This document shows positions 9,560 through 20,261 of a DNA stretch of 64,000 bases, piece after piece. The translations under genes were made by a program, and so were the position numbers. The notes under the pieces were generated by a model, which made no database searches, was not told the origin of the DNA, and saw only the letters and a program-made list of their open reading frames with translations. The stretch spans positions 53,072,001-53,136,000 of the forward strand of contig NC_043007.1 of NCBI RefSeq assembly GCF_006345805.1. Direction: 5' to 3'. Position 1 is the first letter of the stretch. Each line of letters begins with the position of its first letter. Source of the stretch: Octopus sinensis (lineage: Eukaryota).

Positions 9560-11720
9560 TTTCAAAATATTTGTGAAAATTTCAAAATATTGCAAATAAG
9601 CATAAAAAAGTGAACAAAACAAAATGTATCAAAATATAGCAAATAAAATGTATCTTGAATGTATCTTGATACATTTTATTTGCTATATTAAGCAAGTATA
9701 GGAAAAAAGTGAAGAAAATTGCCCATTCCAAAATATTTTGACACATTTTGCATCTCTAGTGGATGAATGTAATCTTGTCAAAATTTTGCAAGAACAAAAT
9801 TGCTATTTCATACTTCTTGTTTTTTAGTACCTATTTGCAATATTTTGACACATTTTGTATCCTAAAATACTTTGAGACTTTATATTTACTCAAGAGATCA
9901 CTCAAGTCACAAAAGTTTTTAGAAAACAAAATGTATCAAAATATAGCAAATAACATGTATCAGAACATAGCAAATATAGCAAAAAAAGTGAACAAAATTG
10001 CCAATGCCAATTTGTTGATTTTTAGTACTAATTTGCAATATTTTAACACATTTCGTATCTTTAAAACTTTTGAGACTCTTGTGACATCTTGGATGAATGT
10101 ACTCTTATTATCAATCTGTTAACTTATATTTACTCAAGGGAGCACTCAAGTCACATACGTTTTGAGAAAACAAAATATATTGCAAATAAGCATAAAAAAG
10201 TGAAAATTGCTGTTTCATACTTCTTGTTTTTTAGTACTTATTTGCAATATTTTGACACACTTTGTATTTTTTAAACTTTTTAAACTTTAGTTTTGAAACT
10301 TGGATAAATGTAATCTTATTATCAATCTGTTAACATATTTACTCAAGAGATCACTCAAGTCAGAAAAGTTTTCAAAAAACAAAATGTATCAAAATATAGC
10401 AAATAAGCATGAAAAAGTGAACAAAATTGTTAATTCAAATTTGTTGCAATATTTTGACACATTTACATCTTAAAAATTTTTGTATACTGTTTTAATATAT
10501 TGCAAATAAGCATAAAAAAGTGAACAAAATTGCCATTTCATACTTCTTATTTTCTAGTACCTATTTGCAATATTTTGACACATGTTGTATACTGAAATCT
10601 TTTAAGACATAAGTGATCTCTTGGATGAATGTAATCTTATTATCAATCTGTTAACTTCTATTTACTCAAGAGATCACTCAAGTCAAAAAAGTTTTCAAAA
10701 AACAAAATGTATCAAAATATAGCAAATTAGCATAAAAAAGTAAACAAAATTGTTAATTAAAATTTGTTGCAATATTTTGACACATTTTGCATCTTAAAAA
10801 CTTTTGAGAGTTTAGTGATCTCTTACTCAAGTCACAAAAGTTGTGAGAAAACAAAATGTGTCAAAAAGCATAAAGAAGTAAACAAAATTACTATTTCATA
10901 CTTCTTGTTTTTTAGTACTTATTTGCAATATTTAGACATTTTGTATTTTGAAAACTTTTGAAACTCTAGCGATCTCTTGGATAAATGTAATCTTATTATC
11001 AATCTGTTAACTTATATTTACTCAAGCAATCACTCAAGTCACATACGTTTTGAGAAAACAAAATGTTTTAATATATTGCAAATAAGCATAAAAATGTAAA
11101 CAAAATCGCTATTTCATACTTGTTTTTTAGTACCTATTTGCAATATTTTGACACATTTTGTATACTGAAATCTTTTAAGACTTTAGTGATCTCTTAGATT
11201 ATTGTCAGAAAAGTTTTCAAAAAGCGAATAACCATTAAAAAGTGAACAAAATTGTTAATTTATATTTCTTGTTATTTAGTACTTATTTGCAATATTTTGA
11301 CACATTTCATATCTTGAAAACATTTGAGACTCTAGTGAATGTAATCTTGTCAAAATTTTGCCAATAAACATAAAAAAGTAAACAAAATTTGCTATTTCTT
11401 GTTTTTTAGTACTTATTTTTCAAGATACAAGCGATCACTAAAGTTAACTCAAGGGATCACTCAAGTCATAAGTTTTGAGAAAACAAAATATTTTAATATA
11501 TTGCAAATAAGCATAAAAAAGTGAACAAAATTGCTATTTCATACTTCTTGTTTTCTAGTACCTATTTGCAATATTTTGACACGTTGTGTACTGAAATCTT
11601 TTAAGACATAAGTGATCTCTTATATGAATGTAATCTTATTATCAATCTGTTAACTCAAGAGATCACTCAAGTCAGAAAAGTTTTCAAAAATCAAAATGTA
11701 TCAAAATATAGCAAATAAGT
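9560..11720. repeat. AT-rich ~220-240-bp satellite built from alternating inverted arms
   Basis: For example TATTGCAAATA 10498-10508 / TATTTGCAATA 10562-10572 and AGTGATCTCTTG 10612-10623 / CAAGAGATCACT 10667-10678, recurring through the array. Confidence 0.85.
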
Positions 11721-11724
11721 TTGA

Positions 11725-13425
11725 TTTGAATGTGTTGTCTATTTCGTTTGATTTGAGCGTTAATGCCGGGCCAGTATATACATTCCTTGGCTCGCTCTGT
11801 GCATTTTTCAATACCCATGTGTCCGGTATGTATTTCCTGTAGAGCTTCTCTACGTAATGACTTAGGTACAATGATTCTTGGACCTTTTAGAACGAGACCA
11901 TTGACGATCGATATTTCATCACGAACAGAGACGAATGGTTTGATGTTTATTGGTATTTTGTCTTTTGGGGGCCATTCTGTTCTTGTATATGTGATGAGAG
12001 TCTGTAGTGACGGGTCGTCTGCAGTGGCTTTTTTGTACTCGTTTAATTTAGTGTCGGTTATGGGGTAATTTTTTATTACTGCATGTATGTGCGATTTCAT
12101 ATCTTCGTCTGATGCTTCTGGAGTATTTTGTTCAAGGTATGCACGTGATAGGGTATCTGCAACAACTGATTCTTTACCAGGTATGTGGTTTAGGTCAAAA
12201 TCGTATCTTTGTAATGCTAGTAGAAATCTTTGGATTCTTCATTTAGTGATCGATTTTATGAATATTTGCTTCAACGGTTTATGGTCATTTTCGATTCTGA
12301 AATGAGTTCCGTATATAAACTGATGAAATTTCTTGCATGCAAAAACTATACTGAGAGCTTCGCTCTCTATCGGACAGTAGTTTTGTTCCGCTTGAGTTGT
12401 TGCACAAGATGCAAACGAAACAGGTAGCCATCTTTCTTTGTGTTTCTGCTCAATTATCGCTCTGAGCCCATGCTCACTAGCATCTGTAGTTATTTTTATT
12501 GGTAGATCTGGATCATAAAATTGTAGCACTGGTTTTCTGGTAATCATTTCTTTTAGCTTTTTTATTGCTTCGATTTGGGGTTTGTTGAATGACCATAACG
12601 TGTCACTCTGTAGAAGCTGGCGTAATGGTGCTGTAACATCGGAGTAATTTGATAAAAATTTACATAGGTAATTTGTCATACCTAGGAATCTTTGTAATTC
12701 TTTTTTACTTGTTGGCAGTGGCATGTGAATGATTGCTTGCACTTTGGTTGGATCTTGTTTTATCCCTTCGCTGGTTAATAGATGCCCAAGGTACGTAATT
12801 TGTGATTCATAGAAGATACGCTTTGATTTATTTAACTTTAATCCGTGCTTTCGGATTCGTTCGAAAACTTGTTGTAGTCTATTTCTGTGTTCTTCTAAAG
12901 TGCTGGACCAGATTATAATGTCATCCTGTGAATTTCGTGCTCCTTCTATACCCTCTATTATTTTTGCGATTTCTTTTTGGAAAACTTCACTGGCGCTGTG
13001 AATTCCATAGGGTAGTCGTGTGAAGCGATATCTTCCAAAAGGTGTGTTGAACGTTAACAGGTGAGAGCTTTCTTCGTCAACTGGAATTTGCCAGTATCCA
13101 TTAGATGCATCGAGTTTCGAAAAATATTGCATATGACGAGCTATTTGAGTTTTGGTGCCTTTTCTGTCGTGTTGACTATATACCCTTGAGATTTCGTTAT
13201 CTCTTGTTTCGGATGTGGTGTTCAGCATCCTTGATTGGTGTGGTGTTTGCTCTGCACTCTGACCTGCTTGAATTGTTTTTTGTAAGTCTAAATTTGGTTC
13301 TCTCAATAATATTTCTCTTAGTCTCATGTCTCTGATTCCACATATCAGAATATCTCTGGTGAGACTGTCTGTGAGGTTGCCGAATTTGCACTGTTGTGCC
13401 TTTTGGCGCAACTCTACCATGTACT
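11725..13425 (-). mobile_element. Gypsy element A, downstream part (gag end, RT, RNase H, integrase zinc finger); truncated at the satellite
   Basis: FSKLDASNGYWQ, LPYGIHSASEVFQ, SQDDIII, TTDASEHGL, ENDHKPL; EIHTGHMGIEKC...IYWPGI. No 3' LTR found. Confidence 0.9.
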
Positions 13426-13488
13426 TGTAGTGACGTCATATTCCAGTTGCACCCCAAAAGTGTAAAGAAGCAACCAGTTCCCTTTACA
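13426..13488 (+). repeat. 5' LTR of Gypsy B, internally deleted (63 bp)
   Basis: The first ~21 nt match 18055 onward and the last ~42 nt match up to 18611; followed by the PBS. Confidence 0.85.
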
Positions 13489-13489
13489 C

Positions 13490-13501
13490 TGGTGACCCCG
13501 A
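13490..13501 (+). promoter_or_regulatory. Primer-binding site, tRNA-Trp type
   Basis: TGGTGACCCCGA lies 1 nt after the LTR-terminal CA and is complementary to the 3' end of eukaryotic tRNA-Trp. Confidence 0.8.
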
Positions 13502-13939
13502 ACATAGAACATTTAACTGAAATCTAGAATCTACCTAGTCTGAACCAATCAACCCGCCGCAGTCATTATCTTTCAACAATTTGTCTCCAGTCGTCTCAAG
13601 CAGTTTCAGCAATTTCCTCATCGACGAAAAAAGTTTGACTTAAGCTGTTAGTGCGATCCGTGACCAAGCATAACAGGCAGTCAAACTTAAGAAGAGACAG
13701 TTTAAAATACATAACATTAAAAAAATTTGTTTTAGATGCGACGAAGGTTGGTAAAATAAAAAAAAGGAATTTTTTATTCTCTGTGCATACAGTACAAAAA
13801 AACAAACAAAAAAGACATTTTTTTTTGTAAATTGCTGGTCTTGTTTTTCCTTTTTTCCTTGTTGCGTCTTTTCAACTTTGATTCGTTGTCATTTACCTTT
13901 CCTTTGACAGAATCATCTAGTTAAAATAAAAAAAAGAAC

Positions 13940-14668
13940 ATGTCTTTGGCATCATTACCTATTTTCACGGGTGATGCCGCACTTTGGTTTGCACAACTAG
14001 AGGCATATTTTTGTGCACATAGTGTTTCTTCTGATCAGCAGTTGCAAATTCTTTATAGTTGTATGCCTCCTTAACTTGCAACTACTGCCAGAGATCTTAT
14101 TACGGATCCTTCTCCAGACGCCACTTATGCGTCTGTTAAATTAGAAGTGGAGAAGAGAAATACTAGAAGCAAGGAAAGCCGCTTCAATGAATTGATGGCG
14201 GATGAGGAGTTGGGAGATAGGACTCCGTCTGAATTTTTGAGACGCCTAAGAGAGTTGAGCGGTAAAGCTGCAGACGCTCCTCTTCTTCGAAAAATTTTTT
14301 TTTCAAGGTTGCTCGCCTATATACAAACTGTTTTGGCAACCGCTTTAGAGTCCAATTCCGTGGACCAGATAGCAACTATGGCAGATAAAATGGTTGAATT
14401 TGCCATGCAACCACCGTCACGGTCTGCTTGTGCCTGCTCACAAACTTCTTCAGCCTCAATTGAGGGACTTTCTAAACAAATAGAAAGTCTCACCAAAAGG
14501 ATGGACGCGATGTGTCGCGATGGCAAGCGATTTTCCAGATCACGTAGTCGTAGCCGTTCATCATCACGTACCACACAGTCAAAGTCCGGACTCTGTTGGT
14601 ATCACTCCAAATTTGGAGAGAAAGCACATAGGTGCATACAGCCATGCACCTATAAAGATTTAAACTAG
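13940..14668 (+). pseudogene. Gypsy B gag
   Basis: MSLASLPIFTGDAALWFAQLEAYF... with one stop; LGDRTPSEFLRRLREL; CWYHSKFGEKAHRCIQPC knuckle. Confidence 0.85.
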
Positions 14669-14679
14669 CTTCGGAGGAG

Positions 14680-17600
14680 TTGAGCATGTCAACCTCCTCC
14701 ACATCATTTTCTAGTTATCGTGCATTTTTCGTTAAGGGTCTAGTGTCGAAGAAATACTTCATGGTGGATACTGGTTCTTGTTGCAGCATTTGGCCTCTGC
14801 GTCTCACAACCGACAAGCCAAAACGATCTAATGTTACCTTGCACGCTATTGACTCGTCACCAATAGCCACATTCGGTCAGATCTCTTTACGCCTTGACAT
14901 AAATCTTCGTCGAGATTTTCAGTGGGTTTTTGTCATTGCTGACATTCCGCATCCTATTTTAGGTGTGGATTTTCTAAATAATTTTGATTTATTGGTAGAT
15001 GTCAGACGTCGGAGGCTAGTCGACAGTTCAACTACACTCTCCACGCCGACCAGAGACTCTACCGATTCAGCTCTTAGCCCGACATTTTTTGTTTCTACAT
15101 CTGGAGATGTTTTTCATTCTCTTTTGGCTTCTTTTCCAGAGCTACTTGATTTTACCTTTAAAATGGCAAAATCAATACACTCGACACTCCATTTTATTAC
15201 AACAACTAGCCGCCTGTTTTTTCGCGCCCACGGCGTCTTGCTCCTGACCGTCTTAAAATGGCTAGGGCTGAGTTTGAGCATATACTCCAGCTTGGTCTGA
15301 TACGCCCATCCACCAGTCCATGGGCATCACCCCTTCATTCAGTTCGAAAAGGGGATACAGATTTTCGCCCGGTGGGAGATTATTGGCGTCTAAATTCTGT
15401 GACAATTCCGGACAGATATCCAATTAGGACTTTTCAGCGAATCTCCATGGCTGTACCATTTTTTCTAAGGTTGACCTCATAGTGTTTATCATCAAATACT
15501 GGTCAACCCAGACGATGTTCCTAAAACGGCTATTACCACTCCTTTTGGTTGTGTTGAATTTTTATGTATGAGTTTTGGTTTTGGGAACGCCACTAGTACG
15601 TTCCAACGTTTTATAGATGAAGTTGTTCGTGGACTTGATTTTGTTTTCGCGTTTTCTCATCGCAAGTGATACGCATGAAAATCATCTCCAGCACTTGTCT
15701 CAGCTTTTTCAGTGTCTTCGCGACTATGGTGTTCGCATTAATCCAGACAAGTGTGTTTTTGGGCAACCATCTCTTGATTTTCTCGGTCATTATATTGATT
15801 CGAGTGGAATCAAACCACTCTCGTCTAAAGTCGATGCAATTCAGCGCATCGCACCACATTCTTCTTTGCGTCAACTTCGCTATTTTGTGGCTGGCTATAG
15901 TTAATTTCTATCGACGCTTCATAAACCGGTGTGCGGACAAGTTGTTTCCTTTAACGCAGTTGCTAAAGGGCAATTCTAAAAAGGACGCCCGTCTTACTCT
16001 TTCAGCTGAAGCACTGTCTGCCTTTGAGTTAGTTAAAAAGGAACTAGCTTCAGTTCCTGTTTTAGCACATCTGGCTCCTGATGCTCCACTTACTTTATCT
16101 GTGGACGCATCAGATTCTGCAGTTGGCGCTGTCTTGCAGCACACCGTAGATGGTGAAACTAAACCTTTGGCTTTCTTTTCTTGCCAGCTAAAGCCTGCTG
16201 AACGCAGACATAGTACTTTTGATCGAGAGTTACTAGCGACCTATCTGTCAGTTCGGCATTTTCAGCACCAGCTCGAGGGACGAGAGTTTGTGATTTATAC
16301 TGATCACAAGCCCCTTACTTTTGCACTATCTTCTAAAACGGATAAACTCTCTCCTCATGCTTTCTGTCACCTGGACTATATTTCTCAGTTTACAAGTGAC
16401 ATTCGACATGTGCCAGGGAAGGAGAACGTCCCAGCTGATGCTCTTTCTAGACTCCCTGTCAATTCCATTTCCTCTCCGGCAGAAATTGACTTAACTGCTA
16501 TTTCGCAGGATCAACCACCTTTAGCGAGTTGGATTTAACTTCGCCCAAGCTCATCAATTGTAAGTTTGCCTACCGACCGCTCCCTTCAGCAGAAGGCTCT
16601 ATTCTTTGTGACATATCCACCGGTTCTCCTAGACCGTTAGTACCTGAGAAATATCAACGTTCTGTTTTTGATGCTCTTCATTCATTGTCACATCCAGGTA
16701 TCTCTGCCACAGTAAAGCTTGTTACTGCTCGGTTCTTCTGGCCCAATATGCGACGATCGATTACCTCTTGGGCACGCTCTTGTTTGAGACACATTCGTGC
16801 TCCACTTGGACAGTTTTCTTCTCCTGAGGCCCGTTTTCGCCATGTCTACCTTGATTTGGTTGGACCATGGCCTGTGAGTCGCGGGTTCTCATATATTTTA
16901 ACCTGTATTGATCGTTTCTCACATTGGCCGGAAGCTATTCCTATAGCAGACATTTCTGCTGCGAAAGCTTTCGTGTCTAATTGGATTTCTAGGTATGGTG
17001 TACCGTCCAGTTTAACCACAGATTGTGGTCGACAATTCGAAGCAGTTTTATTTCGTGAGTTATCACGAATCTTGGGAATGCATCATATACGCACCACTAG
17101 TTACCACCCCGCTTCTAATGGGATGGTGGAGCGTTTCCACAGGCAACTTAAGGCCGCGTTGCGTGCCTCGCCGAATCCACAGTCGTGGACTGAATTTCTT
17201 CCTATCGTCTTGCTTGGATGTCGGACTGCGATTAAAGCAGACTTTGGTTTTTCTTCTGCCGAGCTCTTGTATGGTACCACACTGGCATTGCCTGGTACGA
17301 TGTTGGTGCCAGACAAGTCACAGTCTCTTAATTTAGTCTTATGTTGCTCGTCTACGCAGATATTTTTCTGCCCTTCCTCCTATAGGCCCTCGACACCAAA
17401 ATCCTTCTCATATGCCATCAGATCTTGATTCTTGGACGCATGTTTTTGTTCGTGATGATTCTGTCAAAGGACCACTTGTTTCTCCTTATAAAGGACCTTT
17501 TCGTGTGATTTCTCGCACGCCGAAGGTATTCAAACTTGAAATTAACGGTCGTTCGGAGACCGTATGCGTAGATCGTCTTAAAAGGGCATATTTTGAGGTG

Positions 17601-17828
17601 TCCACATCTTTTGATGGCCCCACTGCCACAACCATCGTTGAACCTTCACATGCACCTTTGACAACACCACCATTCACACATGCACTTTTGACAACACCAC
17701 CATTTACACATGCACCTTTATCAACACCACTTTCGTCGTTGCAGCCTGCCTCGAACAAACCTTATGTTACGAGGTCAGGCAGAACTGTTCACTGGCCGAA
17801 GAAACTTTCAAAGACGATTTATATTTAA
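14680..17828 (+). pseudogene. Gypsy B pol (protease, RT, RNase H, integrase), frameshifted, with RT YxDD deleted
   Basis: MVDTGS protease; WASPLH, GDYWRLN; at ~15650 GLDFVFA runs directly into FLIAS without YxDD; VDASDSAVGAVL, TDHKPL; DLVGP, TTDCGRQF, NGMVERFH. Confidence 0.9.
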
Positions 17829-18041
17829 CATTCTCAATTGACTTCCCAGTGACAGTTACGATACTAATTGAACTTTGTTCATTTGAGTATTATTTTTTCT
17901 TTTCCTTTGCTGCATGCTTGTTTATATTATGGATTTTTTTTTTTGTTTTAATTTGTCATATTGTGTGCCATTTTGGTGATTTGGTATCCACCTTATATTC
18001 TGAGGCCACTACAAGGAATTTTGTTTCGTGCTTCTGCACTC

Positions 18042-18050
18042 GAGGGGGAG
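18042..18050 (+). promoter_or_regulatory. Polypurine tract of Gypsy B
   Basis: GAGGGGGAG lies 4 nt before the TG of the 3' LTR. Confidence 0.75.
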
Positions 18051-18054
18051 CTTT

Positions 18055-18611
18055 TGTAGTGACGTCATATTCCAGTGTGCGCACACGCAATGTCATTCTT
18101 TAGTGTGCGTGTGCGGAACGTCACCTTTGTAGTGACGTCATGTTTCAGTGTGCGCACACACAACGTCATTCTTCAGTGTGCGTGTGCGGGGTTAGAACCT
18201 TCTGGAAAGGCATAAGGAAGTTCCCTCATGCACATGCGCTAGAGACTGAAGAATAAATTCCATAGCGTTCCTTAATAGCATCGGGGACTTGAGACACGGC
18301 GATAGAAGAGAAAGGACGTATATTTTGAAACCTGTGATCAGCCTATTCTCCTGTCCCAGACGCTTAGGATTTGACCTGTTCTGTTGCTGCTGAATTGTTG
18401 TAAAGCTTACAAACGTTTGAATTCAGCCTTGCTGCATTGAACTAGGTGGATACCAGCATACCATCGTGTTTCATTGTTGAACCAAGAAAATAAACAATTA
18501 TATATATTTTTAAACTTGCGTTTCGTTCCTGACTGGTAGTTTCTAGAAACAAAAAGAAAGGAAATTGTGTTGCACCCCAAAAGTGTAAAGAAGCAACCAG
18601 TTCCCTTTACA
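18055..18611 (+). repeat. 3' LTR of Gypsy B (557 bp) with tandem duplication of its first ~65 bp
   Basis: TGTAGTGACGTCAT occurs at 18055 and 18128; ends CCCTTTACA. Confidence 0.85.
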
Positions 18612-18973
18612 TATTCATCGAATTTTTGATGTTCCGCTTGTCCACATGTGAAGAATTTGTGTCTCAGGAAAGTTATGTTTTTCCTGGGTTCACAATATGT
18701 ATCGAATTTTTCGATTACTGTTTGAAGGTTCATTTCTTCGTCGGGTGAATCGAAATCCAGAGTGGAATGGATGTCTCGGCCTTTGGAACCGATGCAAGTT
18801 AAAAACATTGAAGTTTTTACTTTGTGTGACTTTATGTCACTTTCTGTTGCTATCAAAAAGAGATTGAATTCTTTCTTCCACTTTGTCCATGCTGCGGCTA
18901 GATTTTCCTGATTAAAGTCTAGGTCTTTTGGATGCGGTAAATTTTCCATTTCGTCTTTGAAGTATGATTTCAA
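18612..18973 (-). pseudogene. Gypsy A gag N-terminal part
   Basis: MENLPHPKDLDF...AAAWTKWKKEF...FDTYCEPRKNITFLRHKFF...KFDEY, which continues in frame at 13420 (MVELRQK) once element B is removed. Confidence 0.85.
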
Positions 18974-19016
18974 CTTCTTTTTTCTTTTGGTTTCTGTATG
19001 ATGGGTTCTTTTAGTA

Positions 19017-19027
19017 TTCTGACACCA
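19017..19027 (-). promoter_or_regulatory. Primer-binding site of Gypsy A, tRNA-Leu type
   Basis: TGGTGTCAGAA immediately follows ...AACAACA on the - strand. Confidence 0.75.
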
Positions 19028-19272
19028 TGTTGTTGTTATACATATATATATATAATGTATACTGTATTGAGTATGAAAGGAAATAGTGAGTACTTAGTAT
19101 GAAAGATTAAGAAAGTGAGAGAGACTGGATAAGCGTGTTAACAATACGAGATACTTTATTAGACTGCTGCTTATACAAAGGTATCTCCCGGGGCAGGAGA
19201 TTTACTGATTGTCTCTGTATCAAGGGAGATAATGGGCGACGTTAATTGTTCATATTTGTTGTGATGATTACA
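19028..19272 (-). repeat. Probable 5' LTR of Gypsy A
   Basis: The - strand reads TGTAATC...AACAACA with TATAAG and AATAAA. The outer boundary is tentative because no second LTR is available. Confidence 0.55.
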
Positions 19273-19390
19273 TTAACACTAGGTAAATGTTTGATAGTAT
19301 CTTTAATTTTACTCTATATGGCATGATTTAAGTATACCATTGTTGAATTGCTACATGGTGGTTCTGTAATTTATATACATATATTATATA

Positions 19391-20215
19391 TTGTTACTGA
19401 TGCTTTTAGCCCCAGGCGATCAACGTCACCAGATGGACTTTAGACACAAACTATCAGTGCGCTTGTGTTATTTGCAAAGGGAGGTCATCCTCCCTCGAAA
19501 ACCTAAGTGCTACATACGGACTATAGTTTCAAGGTAATTGCCTCTCGTCAACGCATAGTAAACATCGGTTTTCGATGAAGGAGACCCCTTGCAAATAATA
19601 ATATTTAACGTTTTTCACAGCAACCACTGTCACTGATTTAGAAAAACTGTCTGAAAGCATTAATAAATCTCTGAACGAGATATAAACAGTAACCGCTCGA
19701 CAACGTAAGGTGTACTAGCCATCTGAATGTGGCTAGCCACTGGGGTTGGGGTGTTACTGATGCTTTTAGCCCCAGGCGATCAACGTCACCAGATGGACTT
19801 TAGACACAAACTATCAGTGCCCTTGTGTTATTTGCAAAGGGAGGTCATCCTCCCTCAAAAACCTAAGTGCTATATACGGACTATAGTTTCAAGGTAATTG
19901 CCTCTCGTCAACACATGGTAAACACCGGTTTTCGATGAAGGATACCCCTTGCAAATAATAATATTTAACGTTTTTCACAGCAACCAATGTCACTGATTTA
20001 GAAAAACTGTCTGAAAGCATTAATAAATCTCTGAACGAGATATAAACAGTAACCGCTCGACAACGTAAGGTGTACTAGCCATCTGAATGTGGCTATGGGG
20101 CTAAAAGCATTAGTAACACCCCACCCCCAGTGGCTAGCCACATTCAGATGGCTAGTACACCTTACGTTGTTGAGCGGTTACTGTTTATATCTCGTTCAGA
20201 GATTTATTAATGCTT
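19391..20215. repeat. Unclassified ~360-bp dispersed repeat ('repeat X'): two tandem copies plus an inverted partial copy
   Basis: 19391-19752 and 19753-20090 are near-identical; 20095-20215 is the reverse complement of ~19656-19782. Homologs occur at ~860-950 (-) and at 34730-34821 plus 36779-36975. Confidence 0.85.
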
Positions 20216-20261
20216 ATATATATATATATATTGTTGAAAAACTGAATTTTTTTCAGAATCG

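Larger units (their letters stand above)
6698..9560. repeat. Compound satellite: CRESS-Rep fragment, GAAAATTTTC-rich spacer and 32-bp minisatellite
   Basis: A ~195-bp unique block recurs near 6761, 7371, 7748, 8251, 8805 and 9191, with partial copies near 7021 and 9461. Blocks are separated by GGTGAAAATTTTCG-type low-complexity DNA and 32-bp repeats. Confidence 0.9.
13426..18611 (+). mobile_element. Gypsy element B with both LTRs, inserted in the gag gene of element A; decayed
   Basis: LTRs TGTA...TACA at 13426-13488 and 18055-18611, PBS, gag, protease, RT, RNase H, integrase, PPT; 4-bp TSD TACT/TATT. Confidence 0.9.

Noticed and set aside
18407-18611. C-terminal part of the 188-aa ORF as genuine gag
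   Set aside because: It is read-through into the antisense 3' LTR of Gypsy B; the real gag continues at 13420.
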